DNA from: Phyllosticta citribraziliensis
Taxonomy: Eukaryota
Length of the DNA stretch: 64,000 nucleotides
Direction: 5' to 3'
NCBI RefSeq assembly: GCF_038025025.1
Contig: NW_027117338.1
Coordinates: 2,666,001 to 2,730,000 of the forward strand
Shown: positions 39,620 to 54,500 of the stretch, one piece after another
Layout: every line of letters begins with the position of its first letter
Position numbering within the stretch: the first letter of the stretch is position 1
Notes under the pieces: generated by a model
Database searches by the model: none
Seen by the model: only the letters and a program-made list of their open reading frames with translations
What the model was told of the DNA's origin: nothing
Position numbers and translations under genes: made by a program

Positions 39620-42600
39620 TTATAACTATATAATACTAGGTTTATCTATACTAGTATTATTACTTATATAGGCGTGTAAATGCCTATTATAATATGCCCC
39701 CCCTAAAGAGAAGCTAAAATTATAAGAATTAGTAGCTATAGGTGCTTATATAGGTATAGACTTATAATATATAGTAGTACTAGTTTAGTAATTTAGGTAT
39801 TCTATATAGTTATAAAGTATAATTATTAGTCTAGCTTTATTATTATACTATCTTTTTCTATTACTATTTTCTATTACTATATAACCTATAAAAGGTTACT
39901 ATCTACCTTAGCTATATCTAGAGCTCCCTACTAAAGTATATTATTATCATAGTTAAATTAGCTATAATTTAGTAAACTAATAGTTATATAAAGGCTTAAA
40001 AGAGCTCTACTCTACTAAGAGCAAAGAGAGTAGTCCTTTACTAGTAGAGTATTAGCTAGTTACTTATTAGGATTCCTTACTATTATATAATACTCATTAT
40101 ACTACTCTATTATTATATAGTATTATTTATAATCTATTATAGTTACTATTTACTTAGAGAGCTATTCTTACTAGTAGTATCTATTAGGACTATTATATAG
40201 AGTAGTATTATAGTAAGAGAGTCTATTTTCTTATAGATTATTACTAACTTATTCTAGTTCCTATAGGACTACCTCATATCTAGGTAGCTTTATATATTTA
40301 GGTTTTACTACTTTATCACCCCATCTTACTAACTAAAATAATTATAGAGGATACTAGGGTTACTTTTATAACTATATAGTTAGGCTAGGCTTTACTTATA
40401 TAGCTAGGCTTATTACTTTACTAGTACTATCCTATAATAGCTAGTTCTATAGCATTACTAGTTCTTATATAAGATTCTTTATTATTAGCTATATAGCCTA
40501 CTATTAGCTAGCTAGCTTTGACTATTATTATACTATATTATTATTATTTTACTATTATATAGCCTATTTTAGAGGAAGAAGAGGAAGAGCCTATTTATAT
40601 ATACTATTATTATAATCCTATAGTATATTAGGTTCCTATAGCTAAGTACTTAGTACCTATTAGTTTATATAATAGTAATAATAGTAATAATAGTAAGATC
40701 TATATTATAGTATTACTAGTTAGTTCTAATAAGGAGCCTATTAAGTAGGACTTTAAATAGATACTTTATATACCTTAAGAGAATATAGAGAGTATTATAT
40801 AGATAAGTATTCCTTACTAATATTAGGATTACTTAACTAACTAGTATAGGCTTACTTAGGTAGCTATAAAGTATAAGAGCGCGCTAGATATATTTTAGCC
40901 TTAGAAGATAGCCTACCTTATTTATATATTATAGTTTTAGCTAGGAACTTTAACTACTTATTAGTAGAAACCTATACTAGCTTATATAATACTTTTCTTA
41001 TCTAGTATACTAGAATTAATAACCCTATTAGCTATACTAAGTATTATAATAATACTAATACTTATATATTTATTAGTTATTACTACCTACCTAGTTTCTT
41101 ATAGGGCTACTATACTAACTACCTCTAGGGTACTAGTAACCTTAACTATACTATTAGTAACTTATAAGGTATAAAGCCGCCTACCTAGTATAAGAAGTAT
41201 AGTAATAAGATTTATATAGAAGATTTCCTTAGTCTATATAATTAGGCTATAGCTTAGGATTAGACTAATTATACTTTAGCTAACTAGGATATCTTATAAG
41301 AGGAGTAAGAGGAATAGAATAAGACTATCTTATATAATAATACTCTTATTAAGAAGAAGGGAAAAGGAAAGGGAAAGAAGTAAAGTAAATAAATAGTTAG
41401 AAATAGTACTAAATAGTAAAAAGGAGAGACTAGAGAGTAGAAATTAAGATTAATAGAATTTATATAAAGGTAGATAGTAAACTAATTAGTCTACTTTCTA
41501 TATCTTTATAATATTTACTTTAGGCCTAAGTAACTTATTTTATTATTACTTATTATTTCTATTTAGGGCTCTTTCTATAAGAAGGTAGTCTTCTATTTTT
41601 TAAGGTTTTTTAGTAGTCCTACTATAGTAGGATAAGAGGAGTAAAACTCTTTAATTTTCTATAGTATACTATTAAAAGAACTTATTTTATACTACTAATT
41701 ATCTTAGTTATATCTAGTCTATTATACTTAGTATTAAAGCTTTCTATATAAGACTTAGCTAGCTTAAATATAGTCTACTTCCTATTTAGGCTTATCTTAA
41801 ATAATTTTAGGTTTAGGTTTAGTATATTCCTAACTAGGAAGTTTCTCTATTAAGGCTTTATAGAGTCTATCTATATAGAAAAGGTTAACTATTTTTATAT
41901 ATAAGGGAAGTTTAAGGATATAAGAGGATCCTTCTATACCTAAGATTTTAAAAGGTCCTATATTAGGAAAATCTAGCTTAAGGTTTAGCTAATTAGTAGA
42001 CTATCCTATTTTCTTAATATAGATATAATCTCTAACTATAAAGTCTAGTATATAATAGTATTTATTAGCCTATTAGTATATATACTCTTAAGATTTAAGA
42101 ATAAGATTCTTAGTAAACTTAAAAGCTTCTTATCTTCTTTTTTATAGTATTTATACTATTATATAAGCTATCTTTTCTAGCTATTATGGAGCTTTAGTTT
42201 ATTATTACTAGTTATAATATATCTATAGTAAATATCCTAATTTAATCTTAAAAGGTAAAAGTCTAGTAGCTTTATAAGGAAGAGTTACTTATATAAGGTC
42301 TATAGAAGGTAGAAGATCTAATTAATTTTTCTAGAAGTAATTAATAAAAGGTCTTAACCTTTATATAAGATACTAGTTAATAATCTCTATAATACTATTA
42401 GTTTAAGAGTAATAAGAGGAATTAAAGTACTATTTAATACTAGTAAGCTTATATAGTTTATTTATAAATACTAAAATAAACTATAGGCCTTAGTTAGAAA
42501 GGATAGATTTAGGATTTCTATAAATATAGTAGATATACTTATAAAAGAGCTAAGAGACTCCTTCTATATTAATCTTTTTTATATAAGGTAAGTTAAAGGT

Positions 42601-44980
42601 TTATTAACTTAATTAGTCTACTATAATAAGGATTATATTATAGCCCTTCTAATTCTTAGATATTTCCTTAAAATCTATAGCTAAATATTACTATAGATAA
42701 GTAGGAATCTTAAGAGGTTATAAAAGGCCTAGGTCCTTATTATAGAACTCCTTAGTTTAGTAATAAATATAGTATCCTTATCTATAGATATCTATTATAT
42801 AATTTATAGTAGGCTAATAGTAATATTATTTAAGGAGTTTATATATCTTTATAATACTAGGGTATATAGTTATATATATAGTATATAAAGTATTAAGAGT
42901 TCTTATATAGAGGTTATCTTAATCTAGTATAAAGAGAGTACTATATTATAGTAAGAGACTATTCTTTAATTCCTAATTATTTCTCTACTCTAGGTCTTCT
43001 AGTTAAGCTTATTATCTCTAGGGTTTAGATTAAGAATCTTCTCTATTTATATAGAGAAGCTTATCTAAAAATAATACTAGAGGTAGAGGTTCTTATTCTA
43101 TAACTAAGAGAGGAATAATAGTCTCTAAAGGAATAAGGTATATCTTTTATATAGCTTTAGCCTTTTCTTTCTAAGTCTTTAGGTCTTCTTATCTTCTTAT
43201 AAGGTAATTAGTAATAATATTTTCCTTTCTTAGCTAATAGGAGAATTATATATAGAATTCTATAAAGAATTTAGACTATCTAGCTTATTATTAACTAAGT
43301 TATTATTTAGTAGAGTAATACTCTAGTACTTAGTAGTCTATAATTATAAGAAAAGGTTTTTTAAGGCTAATAAGTATAGGCCTCTATTCTTCTAGCCTAT
43401 TCTTAATAGCTAGTAGCTCTTTATCTAAGATACTATAATAAAATTCTATATTAGCTATTACTTTAGAGTAGAAGGCTACTAGTTTCTATTTATATAAAGG
43501 TTTTTAGAGCTATATTAAAATACTAGTAGTAACTCTATTACTTATATCTATCTCTATATAAGTATTAAGAGTAGGATTATAGTTTACTAGGAGTATATTA
43601 TTATATATAAGCTTCTTAAGTTCTTAAATTACCTCTTCTTCTAGTAGTCCTAGTTATTACTATTTTACCTTAAAGTATAGATTCTCTAATAGCTAGCTAA
43701 TTTATCTATAGTTAGAAAGAAATTATTAGTAAAAGTTATAGAAATCTAAGAAGGATTAAAGAGTCTATAGAGTTTTAGGTACTAGCTAGTTTTATATAGG
43801 TTCTACTTTATTATAGTCTATTTAAATACTATCTATAGATATAATATATCTAAGAAACTTTATATAAGTAATAGAAAACTTACTCTTCTTAAGATCTACT
43901 TAAAGTCCTACTTTTTATAGTCTTACTAGTACTTTTCTTACTTATTCTTTATATTCTATAGGGTCTTTAGAGATAATAAGTATATTATTTATAAAAGCTA
44001 CTATAAAATTATCTAAGTACTTAAAGAGGACTTAATTAATAAATTATTAAAAGGCTATAGGTCTATTACTTAATCTAAAGGGAAGGATATAGTATTTAAA
44101 TAAGCTATACCTTATATAGAAAGTAGTCTTATCTTTAGAATCTAGTATAAGGTAGATATAGTAAAAAGCTTATTAAATATCTAGCTTTATATAAATCTTA
44201 CCCTTTCTAATATATTAAAGTAATTCTAAAATAAGAGGAAGAGGGTATAAATCTTTAGTAGTTTATTTATTAAGCTATTAATAATCTATATAAAACCTCT
44301 ATCCTCTACTAGGCTTTTTTACTACTAGAATAGGATAAGTAAAGGTAGTAAAGCTCTTAGTAATAAAGCCCTTTTAGATATTCTCTATAATATATTCCTT
44401 TATAGCTTATAGCTATTCTAGAGATATTCTATAGAGAGGACTAGGAGGAAGTTCTAGTAGTCCCTTATATATTAGAGATATCTTATAATTAACTCCTATA
44501 TAATAGGGTAGAAGCTTATTTAACTCTATCTTAGAGAAGATATCTTAGAAATCCTTATAATTAGAAGATAATTTAGAAGCTAGTAATTCCTCTATTTCTT
44601 TATCTTTAATAGCTTATTAAACTTATATAAGGTTTATAGTATAAATATCTCTTAGTATAATTTATATTTTATAGATAGAAATTTTAAAAGTATCTTAACT
44701 TTAGAATTTAATTTCCTTAATAACCTATACTAAGGAAAGAAGGTATTTATTAAAGTTTTTATTTCTATAATCTATATCTACCTAGTATTCTTTCTATAGT
44801 ATATTACTTTATATAGAAACCTTTAGTAGTTATAAGAGATATTAAAAGGATTAGTTAACTAGTAGCTATCTCTAGACTAGTTTATATTATTTATAGTTAG
44901 GAAGTATATTATACTAGTTAAAAAACTATTACCTAAGAATTATATTATTCTAACTAATATTATAAATAAAAGTATATATA
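39620..44980 (-). mobile_element. Gypsy element C2, a diverged relative of C: partial 3' LTR, PPT, extra gene, chromodomain, integrase, RNase H, RT and part of the protease
   Basis: Reverse-complement similarity to 32751-37330. PPT complement TGCCCCCCCTAAAG from 39695. Minus-strand AF[VI]DD at ~43985-43998 and protease-like DVILG at ~44932-44946. Confidence 0.88.
40110..41383 (+). pseudogene. Second copy of the antisense DUF3716/Zn-cluster-like gene, in element C2 (start approximate)
   Basis: De-RIPed NAFLIQRxGIDDPVGCTKCxNNxxACAFVGCRRLPGFLQGCCANCLWGxGNLDCT at ~40988-41150. A 47-nt intron at 40803-40849 restores frame; a probable second intron lies at 40213-40257. The frame ends KKKGKGKGKK* at 41383. 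Confidence 0.7.
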
Positions 44981-47900
44981 TATTATACTAATAGATTAAT
45001 AGACTTGCTAAGTAGTAAGTCCTAAGAGATAGTAGACTAGGCCTAGGGAGGGCCTATAGTATATATACCTAAGTAAGAAGTATATAAAATAGTACTAGGA
45101 CTTAACCTTAGTAAGGATAAGGTTTTATCTCTAAATATATCTAATTATCTATTATCCTATTTAAATTAATACCCTATAGAATACTAATCTTATATTTAAA
45201 ACCTTCTCTTTACTATAGCTAAATTAACTTATAATAAAATAGTTATAACTTATAGTTCTAATAATACCCCTACTAACTTAGGTCCCCCCTAGGATAGTAC
45301 TACCCCTATAATAGAATAAGGCTAGGGTAGCCCTTTAGGTACCCTAAGCCTACTAGCTTTATAGAACCCCTCTAACTAAAATATATAGAAAACTTATAAA
45401 GAGAATACTTACTAGGATTCTCTTATAAGGGAAACTAACTTAGCTACCTACTAGGGTAATAATAGTTAGATACTAAAGGAATACCTTTATAATACTAATA
45501 TAAAGATTACCTAGTTTATAATCTATCTTACTAAAATAACCCCTAAGATACTAGAATATAACTACTATAAATATATAATTAAGGTATATAAGATAGCTAA
45601 GGGAGCCCTTAAGGACCTTATAGATACTATAGAGCCTTTCTATATAGGGAGTAGAGGTAACTCTACTAGCTAATAGAACCTTATAGGCTTAACTAAGTCT
45701 AAGCCTAAGAAGCTAAAGGATATTAAGCTATAATCCTTAGAGTACTAATTTATAATTATAGAAAATATCTTTAAAATCTATAATATAATAGGTAATAAAG
45801 AAGCTACTTAGTAGTAGCTTAATAAAGCCCTCCTAGAAATAGAAGGACTTATATAGAAGATACTAGAATAGCTAAATAAGAAACTACCCTTATTATAGGA
45901 GAAGTATAAGTTATTTATCTTAGACTAGCTCTAGAATCCTATACTATTATAGTTTATAATATATAATAACCTATAACTTATAAGATAAGGAGAAGGATAA
46001 GCTTTTAAAGTAGTCTAGGAAATTATTATCTTATATATAGCTTATACTTAGTTTACTACTCTCTATAGAGAAGGGTAACTAGGCCTATCCTTATAGTATC
46101 CTAAGGTATACTAAAAGGTCTAAATTAAGCTTACTAAGCTTAGGGCTAAATCTTATATAAAGAAATTAAAGGATATATTTACTAAGGTTAAAAAGGCTAA
46201 AGAACTCCTTAAATAGACTATATAGATAAATTAAGCCCCTAGGGGCCCCCTTTTAAAGTATACCTAACTAACTACTAGGGTAGCCTAGAGGGGTATATAC
46301 CTAGAGAAGTATTAGAATATATCCTAGATAATAGGTTATTCTAGACTATTACTATCTAATAAGGCTCTAAGCTAGTTAGGTAGGTTCTAGAAGGTAGATA
46401 ATAGTAATAATAATAGAGACTATAAAAGCTAGTTTAATTAGAAGAAGAATAATTTTACTATTAACTAGGGGAAAGGTTAGCCCTAGTTATATATCTCTCC
46501 TTATTAGTATAGCTAGGGCTAGAGACTTAAGAAATCCTACCCTACTAGCTCCTTATTATAGTATAGATAGACTATAATATAGGTATAGAAAGGTACTAAC
46601 TCCTAGCCCTTCTTAATAGATAGACTAACTTAAATATTATAGATAAAAGTTTAGCCTAGAGGCTAGTCTTCCTAAAGGCTAGTCTCTCTCTAGAGTAGAA
46701 ACTATTTAGGCCCTTACTAGCTAATAATTTACTACTTATTATTAGTAACCTATATTTAGTAATAGTAATAATCTAAGACTCTTAGGGGAATTACTAAACT
46801 ATTAGACCCTAGATCTTCTAGTTAGCCTAATTACCTATATAAGGCCTAATTATAGATACCCTATAGCTATATAAGGTAGAAGTAAGGGTAGATTATAGGT
46901 AGATATCCCTCTATTAGAAATCTAATTAAGAAAAGCCCCCTAAGGTAGTTAATATATCTATTCTAGTATATAAATTAGGTTCTAAGGGTTTAGTCTACTA
47001 TATATATACCTTTAGGTTCTATATATAAGACCCTTAGCTAGTAATTACCTCTATTAATAAATAGCTACTAATAGACCTAGGTAGTAAGGATATAAAGATA
47101 CTCTACTCTAGCTCTAGGCTAGATCTAAATAAGCTTCCTAAGCTATACTAGGAGTTCTAAGATATATTTAATAATAAGCTTATAGGTATACTAGTATAGA
47201 ATATATAGTATAATTATATAATTAACTTAGAGGATAATAAGACCCCTCTATAATTACCTATCTATAATCTCTTAGAGAATAAACTTATAATCCTATAAGA
47301 ATATCTTAAGAAGGTACTATATCTTAGCTAGATCTAGCCTAGTAAGTCCCTAATAGGGGCCTTAATCCTTTTTATACCTAAATTAGATAGGTCACTATAG
47401 TTATATTTTAATTACTAAGATCTAAATAAGATTATAGTTAAGAATTAATACCCTCTTCCCCTAATCTTAGAAATTATAGATAGGATTTTAAGTTCTAGTA
47501 TCTTTATAAAGCTAGATCTAAGGGATACCTACTACTATCTATATATTTACTATAGAGATAAGTAGAAGACTACCTTTAAAATATAGTATAGCTATTATAA
47601 GTATAGGATTATATCCTTTAGATTAGCTAATACTCCTACCTTATTCTAGGCCTATATCTACTATACCCTTATAGATCTAGTAGATATAACCTATATAGTT
47701 TACTTAGATAATATCTTAATCTACTCTAAGGATAAGGTAACCTACTAGGGCTATATTAAGAAGGTACTAGAGTACCTCTATAAATAGGGCCTATATATAA
47801 AAATATTAAAATATATATTCTATATAAAAAGGGTAGAGTTCCTTAGCTTTATCCTTACCCCTAAAGGGGTTATAATAGATATAAACTAGGTCTCAACTAT

Positions 47901-48277
47901 TATTAATTAGCTAGACCCTAAAAGCTATAAGGATATCTAAGTATTTCTAGGCTTTATAAACTTCTACTAGTAGTTTATCTAGAACTACTCTAGCTAGGTC
48001 TACCTACTAATATAGTATATAATAGATATAGCTATAAGGGGAAACCTATATAAAAAGGACTAATTAAATAGTACTAGCCTTAGTTCTACCTAGCTACTAT
48101 CTAGAAGGTATTCTAGAGGCTATAAGAGGCCTTTATAGAGGTATCTCTTCTCTAATACTATAATCTATACTAGCTACTAATACTAGTTATAAATATATCT
48201 AATTATATATATATAGGTATACTACTATAGCTAAAGGACTATAAGGATAGAGCTAGATACTAGTACCTAATTACCTT
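44981..48277 (+). mobile_element. Gypsy element D: probable 5' LTR (~44981-45236), gag, protease, RT and RNase H, cut off by element E
   Basis: De-RIPed PILFVPKPDGSLRLCxDYRDLNK at ~47360-47430, YLDD at 47701-47712, and WHPIAF at the junction with E. LTR ends are inferred from RIPed TG…CA termini only. Confidence 0.8.
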
Positions 48278-51200
48278 TATCGCGGTCTATAGATAGTTAG
48301 GGATGCCTTAGGTAAGTAAGATAAGTACTAGCTAGTAGGCTTAGTAGTATAAGTAAGTAGATAGAATAAGTAGGGCCCTAGGACTAAGATAGAAATAATA
48401 ATAATATAATCCTTACTTAAGAAAAGATATCCTAATTAAACTTATAATATTTTCTAGTAGCTAAAAGTACTATAGTACTTCCTTTTATTATAATATCCCC
48501 TCTATATCTAGGATCTTTATTACTACTAATATATAAATACTATAAGTCTACTTCTACTAAAACCTAGAAAGATCTCCTTAAAATAGCTAATAATATACTT
48601 CTATATAGTACCTAGTAAGGATCTCCCTTCTTATATAACCTAGTACTAATATTATTATAGTAGAACCCTTACTTCTACTATACTTACCTCTCTCTTTAAT
48701 ATTTAGTATTAGTATAAGGAACTATCTATAATATAGTCCCTAAATAATAAGTTTACTATATTAATTTTAGAAGAGGATATACTATCTATTTAGTAGCTTA
48801 AGGCCTTCCTCTATTATAATAAATATAAGTAATAGCTTAAATAGATTACCCTAGTAATAAGGACTTATATTAATCTTATTATAGAAATATTTAAGCCTTT
48901 AGATAGTATAGGAGTATCTACTTAATAAACTATAACCTCTTAAAGGTACCTAGATTATCTAGTATACTAGGATTCTATAGGAGGTATAAATTAGGCTATC
49001 TTTTAATAAGCCTTAGAATAAGTTAATACTATCTATACTAAATTATTCCTAGAGAATTACCTAGTAGTTATAGAATAGGAATATATAGAAGAGGCTCTAG
49101 CTAAGGGTATAAGGACTATAATATTAAATATACTAATATTTACTAATATAATAGATTTACTATTAAACCTAGTCCTAACTATACTATATAAGGAGGTAGG
49201 CTAATATAATATAAATATAGGCTTAAAGGTATCCTAATCTCTATATAATCTATTCTAGTACCTTTCTCTAACTATATTAGAATATTCTACTATACTAGAG
49301 ATATTTGCCTTAAATATAGTCCTTAAAGTATCTCCTTAGCTATAAGCTAAGATAGTACCTTAGTTACCTTTAAAACCTATTATAATTATTCTAGAAGTTA
49401 TACTAGAATTAATTTAGAAACTATTAGGATCTACTCTTCTTACTAGTAGCTATACTATACCTAGATAGAAAAAGGGCTAACTAATTATCTATTTAATAGA
49501 TCTACCCTCTTCTTAGGTATAAATACCTATTATCTTACTTTATAGATAACCTTAATTAAAATCTCTATACTATATATTAATTTATCTATAACCTATACTA
49601 TCTATAGAGTCTTAATAACCTATTTTACTAATACCTATATTAACTTAAGGATACTTATCTTCTTTATATTACTCTACTTCTATATATACCTATTATATCT
49701 CTAGTTATAGATATATATAACTATAAGGCTATACTAGCCCTAAGATAAATAGGTAATACCTCTTTAGACTTCCTAATTAAAATCTTCTAAAGAAAAGTAG
49801 CTAGTTACCTATACTAGTAGCCTACCTATAGATAATAAATTAAAATATAATCTATAGAGTCCCTATTCTTTTATAAATAATAATTTTAAAGACTAGTATA
49901 TTCTATTAAACTTTAGTAAAGATACTAGCTATACTTATAAAGGCTAGTTTAAATAACCTCCCTTTCTATCTAGCTATAGGCCTCCTTATAGCTATTCTTA
50001 CTAACCTTTTAATTAACTACCTAATATTTTCTAGAATAGTATAGGGCTAGATTTTACTTAGACCTCTAATTAATATCTATATAGTAGTCTTTCTTTCTCT
50101 TACTAATAGCTACTAGGAAACTAGAATCCTCTCCTAAGATATATATACTATAACTAGCTACTCCTATATAGTATAATACTATTATATATATAATACTAAT
50201 ATAGTATTATAGACTAGACTAAGGAGATCTAATAATTTACTATAATTCTAGAATCTTTAGAAGTAAAGCTAGATATACTCTAAAATATATTCTCTAAATA
50301 ATAGAAAGTATAGATAATAAACCTTATTATAATAAATAAGAGGGTTAATAAGTAATTTAAGAAGCTTAATATATACCTATCTATATTTAAAATAAATATA
50401 CCTTAAGATAAAGGTAGAGTACTATTAAGATTACTATAACTATAGAAAGGGAACTATTTCTCTAATAAAAACTAGGGATAGAGATAATAAGAAAGATATA
50501 TTTAATATAAAATAGAGGAGCTACTCCTATTAAACTTCCCTTCCTTTAAGAATAGGGATAAAGAGAATAAATAGTCTACTATCTTTTAATTTATTCCCCT
50601 ATAGGGTATAAGAGATAATAAGGAGTATAATTAGGCCTTAATCTTAGAATTATATATAAGGAGGATAACCTAGTACTTCTATTTAAATAATATTAATTAC
50701 TTTAACCCTAATCTACTAGAAGAAGATATTAGGTATAAAGATAGTATAATTAAATAGGAGAAGGTCTTATACTATACTATAGAATAGTTTATTAATAGTA
50801 CCTTAATAGCTTATACTATTTATAGAATAGATCTAATCTATATTAACCTATAAAAGTATCTAAAAGGATTATTAAATATATAGTATACCTCCTAACTTAT
50901 AGAGAAAGACTAAGCTTTTATATATACTAGATATAGTATTAATAATTAGACTTTACTACTATATAAAGACTTTAGTATAATATAATATAAGGCTATTAAA
51001 GTATTAAATAGAGTATACTTTAGGCTCTTAGAGATCTATACTAAAAGTATAAAGGACTTTATTATTACCTATATATATCTAGGTTAAGCTACTAGTTTCT
51101 CTACTATATATAATTAGTTAGTTAATACCTATATATATATTAACCCTTACTTTTAGTAGTAGATCCCTAAACCTATAGTAAATACTATAGTCTAAGTATT

Positions 51201-51495
51201 TATTAAGAATATTAAAAGTTATTAGTAGACTTAGAAATACCTATCCTAATATTTTAATATAACTACTACTAGTAAGGTATTCTTCTCTAAGGGCTAGAAT
51301 TAGGGATATACTTTAATATAGACTATTAGCTAGCCTTTTAATTAATCTAATAGAGTATACTTAGTATCCTAGTATAATATAAGTACTAGGGGACTAAGTA
51401 ATATAAAATAGGTAACCTATCTTAAGTAGGGTATACTCCCTACTTCTAACCTAAAAGGGTCTAGTTCTAGGTCCTACTTAAAGCCTAAGAATTAT

Positions 51496-51548
51496 TATAA
51501 CTATAACTATAACTATAACTATAACTATAACTATAACTATAACTATAA
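51496..51548 (+). repeat. (TATAAC)8 hexamer repeat in the gag region of E
   Basis: Directly visible: eight full units plus a partial one. Confidence 0.9.
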
Positions 51549-54500
51549 ACTAACTATATATATATAATACTATACCTAGGATAGTTCTAAAAGTAAGTAT
51601 AAGGATACTAATAAGGGAAGTAAAGATACTAAAAATAATAAGGATACTAGTATAGAGACCCCTATAACTAATAAGGAGAAACTATAGTTAAATAATAGTA
51701 AGCCTATAATTATAATAGGAGCTAACTACTACTCCTAGTATAGATATATACTTACCTAGGATAATACTTTTAACTATACTCCTAGTAATAATATAATAGT
51801 ACTTAATCCCTAGAAAGTATATAATAGCTACTAGATAAGCTTCTCTTTTAAATATAAGTTATACTAGTACCTAAGGGATACTAGTTTTAAATATAGTTTA
51901 AACTAAGTAAGTATTAAGCTATATAAGAACTTAGGACCTAAATAAAGTACTATCTAGTTAGTAGGTAACTAGTACCTAAAAGCTATTAGGATAATAGAAT
52001 TAAATAATATATTATCCCCTCTTAGTATATCCCTACTCTAGTAGTTATAGCCTTTTAATAGGTATTAATCTTTCCTCTTAGCCTTATAGTATAGGTAATG
52101 GAGTACTATAAGTAGAGTACTCCTATACTTAATTAGAGATAGTATTACTAAATAGTCTACCTTACTATATTAGGGTTTAATATAGCTAAAGATAATAATA
52201 AATATAGGAGGATAAAGGATAAGACTATAGCTAATATAGAATTAAAGATACTAATTTTAGAATTATCTATAATCTTTATAGGACTTAGTATAGGAGATAA
52301 CCTACCTCTATTTCTTAAATATTAATTAATAGAGATTAGTTTTAGGCTAACCCCTATAAGAATAGTAAATATTAGGTACCTTAATATAGGTACCTTATCC
52401 TTAATAGTAAATAGAATATTTTTAAAAGAAAAGCTCCTTAATATTAAGTTAATAATACTTAAGAAACCTATAATTATTACTAGAGTAGGATATAAAATAG
52501 AATATATTAACTATATAATACTTCCTCTTTACTTATCTAGATAAACTAAGGTAGAATAGGCTCTTAGCTTTCTTCCCTATTATATTTAGGTAACTAATAA
52601 GTTAAATATCTCTCTACTTATAGGAAATAACCTTCTATATCCTAAAGGGGTAATTATTAATATTAGTTAGAATTAAGTAGTATAGCTATATATAGGGCCT
52701 AAGGGACTAAATACTAGTATAATAACTAAGCTATTTTCTACTTATATCTATTAATATATATATACTATAAAGAATATAATAATACCTCTATAGTCCTAGA
52801 TAAAGCTACTTATTAAAATCCTAGAATTAGACCTTCCTTATTAAGTATATAAGTTCTATTCTAATAAAACTATATATCCTATATCTTTCCTATAAAAGGG
52901 AGATACCCTTTATACTATAGTTACTAGTATAAATATAAACTAGATTATTACTAGAAATAACTTAAATTAGTCTTTTATAATCTCTTAAAATATATAGCTA
53001 GGTAGTATTATTATAGTAGAATTTAATAGGGTATACTATCTTATAGATATAGAATATAACCTAGCTAGTTTAAATCCTACTATCCCTATTATAGAGGAGG
53101 CTAAGCTTAATAATAGTATTACTATATTTAGAACCCCTAAGGTCTAGTTACTATACTAGAAACTAGTAGATTAGTTTTAAGACCTTTTCTATAATTAAAA
53201 GGGATTTATTAAGGTTCTTAAAAAGGATTAGATAAAGATACTATTAATCCTAGGCTAATATAAATATTTTAAATATTAAAGACTATATCCTATATCTTAA
53301 AGGGACTATAAATTCTAAGATACTATACTTAACCCTATATATAAATAAGGAAAGATAAAATAGATATATAGAGATACTTATCTTAACTTCTCTATATTTA
53401 TAGTATAGAAGCTAGTCCCTAGAGAGAATAGTACCTTAAAATAGAAAGGATAAGTAATTATAGATATATAAGCCTTTAATACTATTAATAAGAAGGACTT
53501 ATAGCTACTCCCTCTAGTTATTAATATTATCTCTAATATCTAGAACTACTTCTATATCTTAGTAGTAGATACTATCTCTTTCTTCTATTAATAGTAGATC
53601 TATTCTAATAATTAATATAAACTAATTATACTTACCTATTAAGGTATAGAATAGTTAAATATAGCCCTAATAAGATACTATAACTCTATATAATATATAT
53701 AATAGTAGTATAATACTCTTCTTTAAGATTACTATATATTTATATAAATATATATTAATAATATTACTATTTTTTCTAAAATATTAGAAGAATACCTAGA
53801 CTACTTTAAGAAAGTATTTATTATCCTTAATAGTATAAATATAAGCCTAAGTATTAAGAAGTCTTAGTTAGGGTACCTATCTATTATACTATTAGAATAG
53901 TAGGTATCTAGGTTTAGTATTATAATATTAGAAGTTAAGATCTAAGCTCTAAAAGACCTTAAATTTCTAAAGACTCTTTAAGAACTAGAAACCTTTATAA
54001 GGCTTATTAAATAGCTATAGAATAATTATCCCTACTATATATAACTAGTAGAATTATTAAAAGCTATAAAGACTATACTATTATAAAGTACTCTTAAGGA
54101 TAAGTAAGTATATTACTAATATATAGTAGTATAGGTATTACTAGACTTCCTAGTATTAATAGTATTATTTAAGGCTATATAGATAATCCTTTATAAAATA
54201 TAATAGTATTTTTACTATATACCTAAGAGACCCCTCTTTATAGATATAGATACTAGTAAGGAGTTAGGTTTTAGTATAATAGCCTATTATATAAAAGGTA
54301 ATCCTAAATTAATTATAGAAGACTAGACTCCTACTATAAATATAGAGAATATAAAGGGTAAAAACCCTACTATAAATTAGTTTAAGAAGGCTAAGAACTT
54401 TCTAAAGTAGTTTATTAAGCTAATAGTCTTTCTATCCTAGTATCTTTTAAGAGCTAAAATAAGATACTAGACTATTAAGCTTAAGATAATAGGAGTTATT

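Noticed and set aside
51496..51548. Interstitial telomere repeat
   Set aside because: The unit TATAAC is not CCCTAA, and it sits within gag.
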